64,000 nt of DNA from Planctomycetota bacterium (GCA_043803805.1 JAZDJP010000031.1:1222-65221); one strand, 5' to 3'; positions 38,700 through 47,387 are shown, counted from the stretch's first letter. Program-made: numbers and translations. The notes: generated by a model from the sequence alone, not told the origin.

Positions 38700-38718
38700 C
38701 CAATTGAGCTACGCCCGC
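38645..38718 (-). tRNA. tRNA-Asp (anticodon GUC), CCA not encoded
   Basis: Folded by hand: GCGGGCG-TA-GCTC-AATTGGCTA-GAGC-A-TCGGA-CTGTCGA-TCCGA-AGGTT-GCGGG-TTCGAGC-CCCGT-CGCCCGC-G. Confidence 0.85.
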
Positions 38719-38800
38719 ATGAACGCCGCATCCCCGCGTCGGGGGAAACCGCCGGGCGGCGTCGAGGCGCCCGGGATGCGGCATCATAGCGGAATTCCGA

Positions 38801-40177
38801 TTAATGTCCAGCGCCCGCTTTCCGGGGGCCGTCCGCCGGATTGGCCTCCCGCCCCTCCCGAAATTCCCTCACCCCCGGATCCACAATGACGTCCCACACC
38901 CTTAGCGGCCGGCGGAGACGGATGTTGTCCAGACTGCGGCAACGGCTCAAGGCCACATAGACCTGGCCGTGGGCGAAGGCGCCGTGGCCGAGATCAATCA
39001 ACACATGATCCAGCGTCTTCCCCTGCGCCTTGTGGATGGTCACCGCCCAGGCGGGCATCAGCGGGAATTGGTGATAGGTTCCCCGGACCTCCGTTTTTAA
39101 CCGTTTGGCCTCCGGGTCCCAGGCGTGGGAACAGGCCTCCCACGTCACCCGCTCCACCGAAAGGGTGCGTTTGCGAGCGCCGGAAATCACCCGGACCCGG
39201 ACGCGATCGCCCGCGGCGTCCCTGACCGTCCCGAGGCTTCCGTTCACCCAGCGCCCCGCGGGATCATTGCGGGTGAACATGACCTGCGCGCCGGGCCGGA
39301 GTTCCAGGCGCCTCGGGGAGGGGAGCCGCGGGCCGTCGAGCGGAAATCCCGGGGATAACGCCCCCTCGAAAACGATCTCCGGGCCGGGAAGCCGGGCCAT
39401 GCAGGTCTGGTTGATGCGGTCCGCCGCGGCGTTGGTCGCCGTGAGGGTAACGTGCGAGTCCGGGAGCGGGTCGTCGCGGACGCAGGCGCGGTTGATTTCC
39501 GCCAGGGCCTCGTCGCAATCCGTCCCCGCCCGGATGCGATGCAACAACCGGATGAAGTGCGCCTCCTCCTGCCGGAACACCCGGGTGAGTTCGCAGGTGA
39601 CGAGCGTGCCGGCGGGAAGGCTCCGCGCCATGTGAAAATACGGCCCGGGGTACCCCCGCTCCCGAAGCAGGGATTCCTCATCCCGGGTGACGACGGGCGG
39701 CAGTTGATGCAAATCCCCCACGAACACCATCCGCACCCCCCCGAAGGGCCGGTCGGGCCGGGGGCCGTTCACGCGCAGAAATTTCTCCATCGCGTCCAGG
39801 AGGTCCGCCCGCACCATGGACACCTCGTCCACCACGAGAACCTCCAGGTTTTGGTAACGGCTCCGGTCGCGGACGTGCCGGATGTTGCCGGGGTCGGGCG
39901 GATGCGGCGGGAACCGGAAAAAGGCGTGAATGGTCTCCCCCCCGACGTTCAGGGCGGCCACCCCCGTCGGGGCGACGATGGCGAGATTTTTCTCCAGGGT
40001 CTCCCGAAGGTAATGGACCAGCGTGGATTTCCCGGTGCCGGCCGGGCCGGTGATGAACACCGGCGGCCCGTCCGTTTCGATGTGCCGAAGGGCGTTCAAA
40101 AACTCGGGATGAAGCTCGATCGGCCCGTCGGCGGTGGCGACGCGGGAGTGCAGGGCGGCGGACACGGCATCGGACAT
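38801..40177 (-). CDS. PIF1/RecD-like (AAA_30) DNA helicase
   Basis: Starts MSDAVSAALH. Walker A GPAGTGKST; LVVDEVSMV; C-terminal TIHKAQGKTLDHV. The track's extension to 40726 is rejected. Confidence 0.75.
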   Translation of the reverse strand: MSDAVSAALHSRVATADGPIELHPEFLNALRHIETDGPPVFITGPAGTGKSTLVHYLRETLEKNLAIVAPTGVAALNVGGETIHAFFRFPPHPPDPGNIRHVRDRSRYQNLEVLVVDEVSMVRADLLDAMEKFLRVNGPRPDRPFGGVRMVFVGDLHQLPPVVTRDEESLLRERGYPGPYFHMARSLPAGTLVTCELTRVFRQEEAHFIRLLHRIRAGTDCDEALAEINRACVRDDPLPDSHVTLTATNAAADRINQTCMARLPGPEIVFEGALSPGFPLDGPRLPSPRRLELRPGAQVMFTRNDPAGRWVNGSLGTVRDAAGDRVRVRVISGARKRTLSVERVTWEACSHAWDPEAKRLKTEVRGTYHQFPLMPAWAVTIHKAQGKTLDHVLIDLGHGAFAHGQVYVALSRCRSLDNIRLRRPLRVWDVIVDPGVREFREGREANPADGPRKAGAGH

Positions 40178-40322
40178 CGGCTCAACCCTCCCCCACGCGT
40201 TCGGCAGCTTCTTATTATATCCGCCGCGCCCCTCAATCACCCGGATTGTTTCCGGCCTTGAATTCTCCCTCCGGCCGGCTAGACTGACCCCGGGAAATTC
40301 CTCCCGGTTCCGGAGACGCGCC

Positions 40323-41375
40323 ATGCCCCCCCGCAATTTGAGTCCCCAAGTCATGTTCGAACGGCTGGCCGGCGAACACCGGCCGCGGTTCGCGTTCCGG
40401 GGGCGCACCCCGGGGGATTTTTCCGCCTGGAAACGGAAGGCCCTCCCCGCGGTGCTCGCGACACTGGGGGATCGCCCGGGGCGGGTGCCGGCCCGGCCGG
40501 AACTCATCGCCGAATGGGAACACGACGGCCTGGTGAAACAGCGGTGGCTCCTGGACGTCGGCCGGCACATCGCGGCGGCGTTTCTCATCAATACCCCGAA
40601 GGGATTGAAGAAGGGGGAAACGCGACCGGCGTTGTTGTGTTGGCACGGCCACGGGGCGTTCGGCAAGGAGCCGGTGATGGGCAACGTTTCCTCCGCGGCC
40701 CTCCGCGACAGCATCGCACAATGCAATTACGACTACGGCCACCAGATGGCGAAGGCCGGGTTCGTCACGTTCGCCATTGACTGGATGGGGATGGGCGAGC
40801 GCAACGACACCGGGAAGCCCCACCACCGCCGTCAGGGCGGCGACCGCGACTGGTGCAACCTGCTCTACCTGCACGCGACCATGCTGGGGACGACGCCGCT
40901 GGCCATGAATCTCGCGCAGGGGATGGCCGCGACCGATTTCGCCGGCACGTTCCCCCATGTGGATGCCAAACGCCTCGGGGTGATGGGCCTCTCGGGCGGC
41001 GGGACGATGACGCTCTGGTCGGCGCTGGCCGACCGGCGTTTCCGCGCCGCGGAAATCATTTGCTACAGCGACCTCTGGGCGGCGTTCGGCATCCGCGACG
41101 CCAATTACTGCGGGATGCAGGTGGCCCCGGGACTCTATAAATTAACGGATTTGCCCGATCTCCAGGGGCTTCTCGCGCCGAAACCGCTGCTCGTGGACAT
41201 CGGCGCCCATGACTCGTGTTTCCGGGTGGACACCGCCATGGCGTGCTACCGGCGGGTGGAGAAGATCTACCGCGCCGCCGGGGCCGCCGAACACCTGGAA
41301 CTGGATTTCTTCCCCGGCGAGCACGGGTGGGGCGGGCACAAATCCATCGCGTTTTTCCGGAAGCATCTGGCGTGA
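40323..41375 (+). CDS. Alpha/beta hydrolase (acetyl-xylan-esterase/dienelactone-hydrolase-like)
   Basis: GLSGGG nucleophile elbow. Start at MPPRNLSPQ (40323). Confidence 0.65.
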   Translation: MPPRNLSPQVMFERLAGEHRPRFAFRGRTPGDFSAWKRKALPAVLATLGDRPGRVPARPELIAEWEHDGLVKQRWLLDVGRHIAAAFLINTPKGLKKGETRPALLCWHGHGAFGKEPVMGNVSSAALRDSIAQCNYDYGHQMAKAGFVTFAIDWMGMGERNDTGKPHHRRQGGDRDWCNLLYLHATMLGTTPLAMNLAQGMAATDFAGTFPHVDAKRLGVMGLSGGGTMTLWSALADRRFRAAEIICYSDLWAAFGIRDANYCGMQVAPGLYKLTDLPDLQGLLAPKPLLVDIGAHDSCFRVDTAMACYRRVEKIYRAAGAAEHLELDFFPGEHGWGGHKSIAFFRKHLA

Positions 41376-41446
41376 GATGCGGGTCGCTGTCGCGGGAGAT
41401 TCGCATCGCGGAAACGCGAAACCGGCCCGTCCGGCATCCCGCGGCG

Positions 41447-42463
41447 CTACGCGAAGTGCCGGGGCCCCTTCATGCGGGCGGGCGGGGCGTCGGCGGCGAC
41501 GCACACCCGGTTGCGGCCGGTGTTTTTCGCCTTGTAGAGGGCCTCGTCGGCCCGCCGGAGTATGACCCGGAGCGAGTCGTTCTGAAGCGACCACTTGCAC
41601 ACCCCCGCCGAGGCGGTCACCCGGAACGTCCGCCCGTCGGCGGCATGGATCTCCCGCGCCTCCAGTTCCTTGCGGACCCTCTCGGCGAAGATCGCCGCCG
41701 CGCGCGTCCCCACCGCGGGCATGAGCACCAGAAATTCCTCGCCGCCGTAGCGCGCCGCGATATCCACCTCGCGGCAATTCGCCTTGAGGAGTTCCGCGAA
41801 GACGCGGAGCACCCCGTCGCCCGTCTCGTGACCGTGGACGTCGTTCACCCGCTTGAAATGATCCAGATCGAACAGGACCAGCGCCAAAAGCCCGCCGTAC
41901 CGGCGGGTGCGCCCGAGTTCGATCTGGGAAAAGTTGTTGAAGGCCCGGCGGTTGAAAAGCCCCGTGAGGTCGTCCCGGCGCGCCGCCTCCGCCAGACGCA
42001 CGTGACGATCGGCCAGTTCCGCCAGGGTCCGCCGCGAGGCCTCCAGAACGTCGGTCTGGGTGATGATCCCGGAAAGTTTCCCGTCGTCATCCACCACCAC
42101 GAGGCGCCGGATGTGCCGCTGACGCATCCGTTCGAGCGCGAGAAGGGCCTGCTCCCCGGGCGCGGCGGTAATCAAAGGACGGGCCATGACCTGGCCGACG
42201 GGAACGCCCAGAGTCTGGCGTTTGGCGAAGCGGCGAACCACGTCGCGCTCGGAAACGATGCCCACCGGGACATTATCGGCGCCGACGACCACGACGCTGC
42301 CGATGCGCCGATCGGCCATGAGCCGGCACGCCTCCACAAGCGGGGTCTTCGGCGCGACCGCGACGACCGTCCGGCTCATGTAGGTGCCGACCGTGGCGAG
42401 GCGCCCGGGCCGGGGGGGCGCGGAGGTCTCGGCGGACCGGGGGACCGGGGGCTTTTCGTTCAT
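41447..42463 (-). CDS. CBS-pair - GGDEF diguanylate cyclase
   Basis: Tandem CBS-like N-terminus, then DHFKRVND and RYGGEEFLVLMP (an intact GGEEF). Confidence 0.85.
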   Translation of the reverse strand: MNEKPPVPRSAETSAPPRPGRLATVGTYMSRTVVAVAPKTPLVEACRLMADRRIGSVVVVGADNVPVGIVSERDVVRRFAKRQTLGVPVGQVMARPLITAAPGEQALLALERMRQRHIRRLVVVDDDGKLSGIITQTDVLEASRRTLAELADRHVRLAEAARRDDLTGLFNRRAFNNFSQIELGRTRRYGGLLALVLFDLDHFKRVNDVHGHETGDGVLRVFAELLKANCREVDIAARYGGEEFLVLMPAVGTRAAAIFAERVRKELEAREIHAADGRTFRVTASAGVCKWSLQNDSLRVILRRADEALYKAKNTGRNRVCVAADAPPARMKGPRHFA

Positions 42464-42589
42464 AGAAATCCGAGTGTATCGCGGAAGGACGTCGGAATCG
42501 TGAAAATTCCGTAAAAAATTTTGCGTTTCCCGGGATCTCCGCCGTTCCGACAGGGGGTTTCGCCCGGCGGAAGATGTGGAACACGGTCA

Positions 42590-42616
42590 TTGACAACGCG
42601 GGAGTCCGGATATAAT
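42590..42616 (+). promoter_or_regulatory. Candidate tRNA-Gly promoter TTGACA-N15-TATAAT
   Basis: TTGACA at 42590-95 and TATAAT at 42611-16; the tRNA starts at 42632. The spacer is short. Confidence 0.45.
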
Positions 42617-42631
42617 TGACCTGTTCTTGGC

Positions 42632-42704
42632 GCGGACGTAGCTCAGCTGGCAGAGCGGAAGCTTCCCAAGCTTCAGGTCGCGGGTTCGAACCCCGTCGTC
42701 CGCT
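42632..42704 (+). tRNA. tRNA-Gly (anticodon CCC)
   Basis: Folded by hand: GCGGACG-TA-GCTC-AGCTGGCA-GAGC-G-GAAGC-TTCCCAA-GCTTC-AGGTC-GCGGG-TTCGAAC-CCCGT-CGTCCGC-T. Confidence 0.9.
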
Positions 42705-42775
42705 TTCTCGCCGCCGATAAACTTCGCCATACGGCGTCGCTACGGACTCGGCGTGTCACACGGTAGACACGCCGT
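42687..42775 (+). repeat. 89-bp direct repeat, copy 1 (last 17 nt of tRNA-Gly + 72 nt flank ending in a hairpin)
   Basis: Identical by eye to 43024-43112. Ends with GGCGTGTC-ACACGGTA-GACACGCC. Confidence 0.85.
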
Positions 42776-43023
42776 CGTCCTATGCTCCTTGTCTGGCTCG
42801 TTTCTCAACGGCGAGAATTCTGCCGGCAATCGGTTCGAAGGGCGGCGAACGCGCCGAAGGCGAAGAGCGAGCCGGGGGCGAACCGGAGGCCAGGGATGGC
42901 CGGAGGTAGGCGATTCCAATCGCCCCGAGCGAAGCGAGGGCGCGAAGCCGGAGGCGGAGCGCAGCGGAAGCAAATCGCCCAGGGCCGAGCGGAGCCCGGC
43001 AGGAGGCCGGGCGAGCGCTTGGC

Positions 43024-43112
43024 CGAACCCCGTCGTCCGCTTTCTCGCCGCCGATAAACTTCGCCATACGGCGTCGCTACGGACTCGGCGTGTCACACGG
43101 TAGACACGCCGT
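43024..43112 (+). repeat. 89-bp direct repeat, copy 2
   Basis: See copy 1. The copies are separated by 248 bp of purine-rich, low-complexity DNA. Confidence 0.85.
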
Positions 43113-43374
43113 TGGCTGGTTTGCATCCGTCCCGGTTCGCGGCCGTCGGAAACGTCCCTGCGTTATTCCCTGGGTGGCGACTCGGGTGGCGGTTCGCCGG
43201 GGCGCGCCTCAACGACATCCTGTCGTCTCGGCGCTCGACGCGTTCGCGCCTCCCGGCATCCTGCCTCCGGCGCGCCCGCGACGCCCGGCTCACCACCCCC
43301 CTCGCCGCCATTCCCGCAGATGCGCCGCGAGAGATATAATAAAATAATTGGGAAGCGGGACCCCACCCCCGGGG

Positions 43375-43410
43375 ACCCCTCCCCGTCATCACAGTAAAGA
43401 ACGGGGAGGG
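43375..43410. other. Perfect 11-bp stem hairpin CCCCTCCCCGT-N14-ACGGGGAGGGG
   Basis: Seen directly; it lies about 70 nt upstream of the SIR2-like start. Confidence 0.6.
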
Positions 43411-43482
43411 GTAAAATCATGATGGATGTGTTGCCACCGTCTGGAGAAGGTGATAACATCCCGTAAGGAACAGTCGCAGACG

Positions 43483-44505
43483 ATGACATCCCCACTCTTC
43501 ATCCTGGGCGCCGGATTCGGATACGACGTGAAGGCCGTCGTGGGTCCAGTCAAGAACAGGTTCCACGGGACAACGATCGCTGACTTAGGCTACCCGCTCG
43601 CGTCGGAACTCTGGAGCATCTGCTTTCCTGGAGAACAACCGCGGGAAGACGGCTCGATTGAAGCCCGATTTCATGAGGCCATGCTGGCGCACGATCCTCG
43701 ACCAATGGAGGCGCTCAGCGATCGGCTCATGACATCCGACTCCTACCTGCCCGATAAACTCCAACGTACCCCAAACTGCTACATCAACTTCCTTAAGAAA
43801 TTCCCGGAATCATCGTTTCTCACGTTCAACTATGACTCGCTCGTGGAGATCCTGCTCTTTGGTCTGAAACGCTGGTTTCCGGCCGATGGATTCGGCGTTC
43901 CCGTGAACGTAGTAGAGTACGCGCGGCCAACGGGTGCGCCAGCGCCCGTGTCCAAGCAACTTGTTGTTCACCTCCACGGAACGATGTATGTGTCCACGGA
44001 GAAAGTCCGTGTTGTGAAATGCCCGGGAGAAGATATCGCAATGATTGTGCCACGCCCTCAAGCGCTATTTCACTTTGATCCCTACAGTATCCCACATTGC
44101 TTCCCGTCTATTGCGCGAGATTCCTTACATCCTGGAACGTCTCCCTGGCCCCATGATCGTTTCATTGCCCCAATTCCCGACAAGGCAAAGGGCCTCACGC
44201 AGGAATTCATCAAGTTGGCGTATAAGCGCGCGGAAGATCTCATTGCGGAAACCAAACTTGTCATCGCCGTCGGATACAGTTTCAACCAACACGACCAATC
44301 TTCGTACAATCCTCTCGTCCGCGCGCTGAGCCACGCCACCGGGCCAAAGAAAGTGGTGGTGGTTTCTCCTGACGCTCACGACATCTGCCGGCGACTTGGA
44401 AACGAAAACGTTCGGATCGTATGGGCGCCAGTGGCGAAAACCTTCCGCGAATGGGCGGACGACGGTTTTCACATCGGACTTGAGAGAGAAGAATCAAATG
44501 CCTAA
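43483..44505 (+). CDS. SIR2-like (SIR2_2/PF13289-type) protein
   Basis: LFILGAGFG, SFLTFNYDSLVE, VVHLHGTMY and VIAVGYSFNQHD match the GAGxS / TxNYDxLxE / HLHG / GxS..D pattern I recall for the defence-associated SIR2_2 family. It is AT-richer than its flanks. Confidence 0.6.
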   Translation: MTSPLFILGAGFGYDVKAVVGPVKNRFHGTTIADLGYPLASELWSICFPGEQPREDGSIEARFHEAMLAHDPRPMEALSDRLMTSDSYLPDKLQRTPNCYINFLKKFPESSFLTFNYDSLVEILLFGLKRWFPADGFGVPVNVVEYARPTGAPAPVSKQLVVHLHGTMYVSTEKVRVVKCPGEDIAMIVPRPQALFHFDPYSIPHCFPSIARDSLHPGTSPWPHDRFIAPIPDKAKGLTQEFIKLAYKRAEDLIAETKLVIAVGYSFNQHDQSSYNPLVRALSHATGPKKVVVVSPDAHDICRRLGNENVRIVWAPVAKTFREWADDGFHIGLEREESNA

Positions 44506-44644
44506 CAAACATGCACCCGACCGCCACAAGGGGCGCGACGGCGGGAGATGCCCCAGTTGTTATGCTTCCAACATGAGTCACCTTATTCATCGGATACAAT
44601 AGGAACCTGAATCCGCCATCGGCATTTGAGGGAGGAGCGCGCGT

Positions 44645-45373
44645 ATGATGAATCGAAAACTTTTTCTGCCGATGTTGGGAATCCTTCTGCCGGTCGCCCT
44701 GGCCGTCGGGGCGGCTGAATTCGTGGGATCGCGCCAGAGGAACACCGTTCACGACCCTTCCTGCGAGTGGGCGCAGAAAATCATCCCGCGAAACCGGGTG
44801 ACGTTCCCGTCCGTCGAGGAGGCCGTCACGGCCGGGTATCGTCCCTGCGGCACATGCCTTCCCAACGCGGCGACACCCCCTTCCGGGGACACCCCGGCCC
44901 CGACGCCGGACGGCGGCGAATCGGCGCCTTCCGCCACGGAGGAAGCGGTGGCCAATCTCTCCGGGGCGACGATTTCCAGTTGGGGACGCGCCGTGACGGT
45001 GACCGACGGGGACACCCTGGTGATGGACGACGGAAAACGGAAATGGAAGGTGCGCCTTCACGGCATCAACACGCCGGAAAAGGGGGAACCGGGCGCCGCC
45101 GAGGCCAAACAGGCGCTGGCGGACCTCGTCCTGGAGAAGCCGATTTTTCTGCTGTTCGAGGAACGGAAAAAGGACGGTTACAACCGCCTCCTCGCCTACG
45201 TGTACGTGATCGGCGGAAACACGGACCTCGTCTCGGTCGCCGCCCGCCTTCTCGCCGCCGGACGGGCCAAGGTGTACCTCAAATACCCCTGCATGTTCCA
45301 ATCCCAGTTTCTCCTCCTCGAAGAGGAGGCCCGGAGGGCCGGGATTGGAATCTGGGCGGGGGACGGGAAATAA
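44645..45373 (+). CDS. Secreted thermonuclease (SNase) with an N-terminal Ada-like Cys4 Zn motif
   Basis: Signal peptide MMNRKLFLPMLGILLPVALAVGA. HDPSCEWA...YRPCGTC. SNase core VTDGDTL...VRLHGINTPEKGEPG...YNRLLAYVY. Confidence 0.8.
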   Translation: MMNRKLFLPMLGILLPVALAVGAAEFVGSRQRNTVHDPSCEWAQKIIPRNRVTFPSVEEAVTAGYRPCGTCLPNAATPPSGDTPAPTPDGGESAPSATEEAVANLSGATISSWGRAVTVTDGDTLVMDDGKRKWKVRLHGINTPEKGEPGAAEAKQALADLVLEKPIFLLFEERKKDGYNRLLAYVYVIGGNTDLVSVAARLLAAGRAKVYLKYPCMFQSQFLLLEEEARRAGIGIWAGDGK

Positions 45374-45443
45374 AATGATGAATGCGGAATGCGGAATATC
45401 CGTAGGGCACAGCACGCTGTGCCTCTGCCCCATTCATCATTTT
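45373..45443. terminator. Compound hairpin after the SNase gene
   Basis: AAATGATGAATG (45373-84) pairs with CATTCATCATTT (45432-43). It encloses GGCACAG-CACG-CTGTGCC and is followed by a T-rich tract. Confidence 0.5.
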
Positions 45444-45540
45444 TCTTTGGGCGAGCAAAGAAAAAGAGGGAAGGAAACCCTTTGTCAAAAAATCGGGGTG
45501 TGGTAAGATTCTTTCCGGACAAACCGACAAAAGTGGTATC

Positions 45541-45593
45541 TCTTTTTCGTGTTTTCGTGCTCTTATTTCGCTTTTTCGTGGTGGCTGTTTCCG
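45541..45593. repeat. TTTCGTG short-period repeat block upstream of metG
   Basis: TCTTTTTCGTGTTTTCGTGCTCTTATTTCGCTTTTTCGTGGTGGCTGTTTCCG. Confidence 0.65.
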
Positions 45594-45658
45594 CAGGATT
45601 TTCGCCCGGAAAGTTCATTTTCCCGCTATAATGAATCCTGCGTCCAGTCGCGAATTTT

Positions 45659-47242
45659 ATGACAAAGCCGTACTACATCACCACCGCCCTGCCGTACCTC
45701 AACGGCCCGCCCCACATCGGGCACGCTTATGAATTCATCGGCGCCGACTGCATGGCGCGGTTCAAACGCCTGACGGGCGAGGATGTGTTTTTTCTCACGG
45801 GAAGCGACGAGCACGGGGCGAAACTCGAGCGCGCCGCGAAGAAATTCGGGAAGACTCCGAAGGAACACGCCGACGAAATGTGCGCGCTGTTCAAGGAGCT
45901 CCTCGCGGCCCTTTCCATCTCCCATGACGGGTTCGTCCGCACCACCGACGCCCATCACGAGGCGGCCTCCCAGGAAATCTACCGGGCCGCGGCCCGCGCC
46001 GGCGACATCTTCAAGGGGAAATACTCCGGCTGGTACTGCACCCCCTGCGAGGGATTCTTCGACAAGGCGGAGCTGAAGGATGGCGGGTGCCCGATGGGAC
46101 ATCCCGGCGTGGAATTCGTCACGGAGGACGTCTATTTCTTCAAGATGTCCCGCCACGCGGAGGCCCTGGGCCGGCACATCGAATCGCACCCGGAATTCAT
46201 CCTCCCGGCCCACCGCGCCAACGAGATCCTCAACAATTTCATCAAGAAGGGCCTCGAGGACGTCTGCGTCAGCCGAGCCACCGTCCGCTGGGGCATCCCG
46301 GTGCCGGACGACCCGGCCCAGGTGATCTATGTGTGGTTCGACGCCCTGACGAATTATATTTCCGCCATCGGCTGGCCCGACGACATCCCCCGATTCAACG
46401 AACTCTGGCCCGCGGACCTGCACGTCGTCGGGAAGGACATCCTCCGGTTTCACACCACCATCTGGCCGGCCATGCTCCTCTCGGCGGGCCTTCCTCTGCC
46501 GAAATCGGTCTACGCCCACGGATGGGTCATCACCCCCTCCGGCGAAAAGATGTCGAAGTCGCAGGGGATGGTGGTGGATCCGATGGAACTCTGCCGGAAG
46601 TACGGCGCGGATACCTTGCGGTATTTCCTCATGAGGGAGGTCCCCTGGGGCGAGGACGGCGTCTATTCCGAGGAGCGCCTCGTCTCCCGGTACCAGACGG
46701 ATCTCGCCAATGAACTGGGGAACCTCCTCCACCGAACGCTTTCCATGACGGAGCGCTACTTCGACGGAAAAATTCCCGCGCCCGCCGCCGGGCCGAATCC
46801 CCTCCGGGAGGAGGTCGCGCCGCTCCTGGACCGCTACCTCCGCGACATGGAGGCCATGCGGTTTCACAAGGCCCTCGAAGACGTGTGGAATTTTTTCCGC
46901 CGGGCGAACCGCTACGTGGAGGAAACCAAACCCTGGGGCATCGCGAAGGACGCCGGACGCCGGGACGAACTCGGCGGCGTGCTCTACAACCTCGCGGAGG
47001 CCCTGCGGATGGGAAGCGTCTTCCTCACCCCCTTCGTGCCGGCCACCGCGGCGGGCATCCGGGGGCAACTGGGCCTGGCGCCGGGCGCCGCCGCTCCGCC
47101 CCTCCGGGAGGCGGCCGCCTGGGGACGTCTGCCGGCGGGAACGACGGTAAACAAAGGACAGCCGTTATTCCCCAAACTCGATACCACGGAAACACCGAAC
47201 ACCACGGAAACACGGAAAAAAAACGGAAACACGGAAGCATGA
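45659..47242 (+). CDS. metG: Methionine--tRNA ligase
   Basis: PHIGHAYE (HIGH) and KMSKS motifs; 527 aa. The C-terminal 19 aa (TTETPNTTETRKKNGNTEA) are encoded by a repeat array. Confidence 0.9.
   Translation: MTKPYYITTALPYLNGPPHIGHAYEFIGADCMARFKRLTGEDVFFLTGSDEHGAKLERAAKKFGKTPKEHADEMCALFKELLAALSISHDGFVRTTDAHHEAASQEIYRAAARAGDIFKGKYSGWYCTPCEGFFDKAELKDGGCPMGHPGVEFVTEDVYFFKMSRHAEALGRHIESHPEFILPAHRANEILNNFIKKGLEDVCVSRATVRWGIPVPDDPAQVIYVWFDALTNYISAIGWPDDIPRFNELWPADLHVVGKDILRFHTTIWPAMLLSAGLPLPKSVYAHGWVITPSGEKMSKSQGMVVDPMELCRKYGADTLRYFLMREVPWGEDGVYSEERLVSRYQTDLANELGNLLHRTLSMTERYFDGKIPAPAAGPNPLREEVAPLLDRYLRDMEAMRFHKALEDVWNFFRRANRYVEETKPWGIAKDAGRRDELGGVLYNLAEALRMGSVFLTPFVPATAAGIRGQLGLAPGAAAPPLREAAAWGRLPAGTTVNKGQPLFPKLDTTETPNTTETRKKNGNTEA
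47184..47238. repeat. CACGGAAA array (complement orientation of the TTCCGTG family) forming the 3' end of metG
   Basis: CCACGGAAACACCGAACACCACGGAAACACGGAAAAAAAACGGAAACACGGAAGC. Confidence 0.75.
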
Positions 47243-47292
47243 TTTCAATAACACAACTCCATTCAATTCCAGAAACCCACCGGCACCCTTCC

Positions 47293-47387
47293 CGTTTCCG
47301 TGGATCCGTTCCGTGTCTCCGTGGTCCTGTTCCGTGTTTCCGTGTCCCGGTTCCGTGTCTCCGTGGTCCTGTTCCGTGTTCCCGTGG
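47293..47387. repeat. TTCCGTG array containing a perfect 31-nt direct repeat
   Basis: GTTCCGTGTCTCCGTGGTCCTGTTCCGTGTT occurs at 47308-47338 and 47350-47380. The array is inverted relative to 47184-47238. Confidence 0.8.

Larger units (their letters stand above)
29414..38718. mobile_element. Integrative element at tRNA-Asp (integrase, Xis/XRE, Prim-Pol/AAA replicase, cargo); left boundary not defined
   Basis: AT-richer block. Tyrosine integrase 37407-38699 is adjacent to, and overlaps, the 3' end of tRNA-Asp. The replication/regulation module lies at 34594-37410. Shared palindromic motifs occur at 29816-29877 and 36806-36848. I could not find an attL copy of the tRNA-Asp 3' end by eye. Confidence 0.75.

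Noticed and set aside
38801-40726. Full 641-aa version of the helicase ORF, and the 413-aa version of the hydrolase ORF starting at 40134.
   Set aside because: The two extensions overlap each other on opposite strands and are Arg/Pro-rich. The conserved sequence begins at MSDAVSAALH (40177) and MPPRNLSPQ (40323).
42740-43495. Several 75-128-aa ORFs on both strands across the tRNA-Gly duplication (for example 42740..43126-, 42753..43103+, 43163..43495-).
   Set aside because: They lie in purine-rich low-complexity or duplicated DNA, overlap each other in multiple frames, and encode Arg/Gly/Pro/Ala strings.
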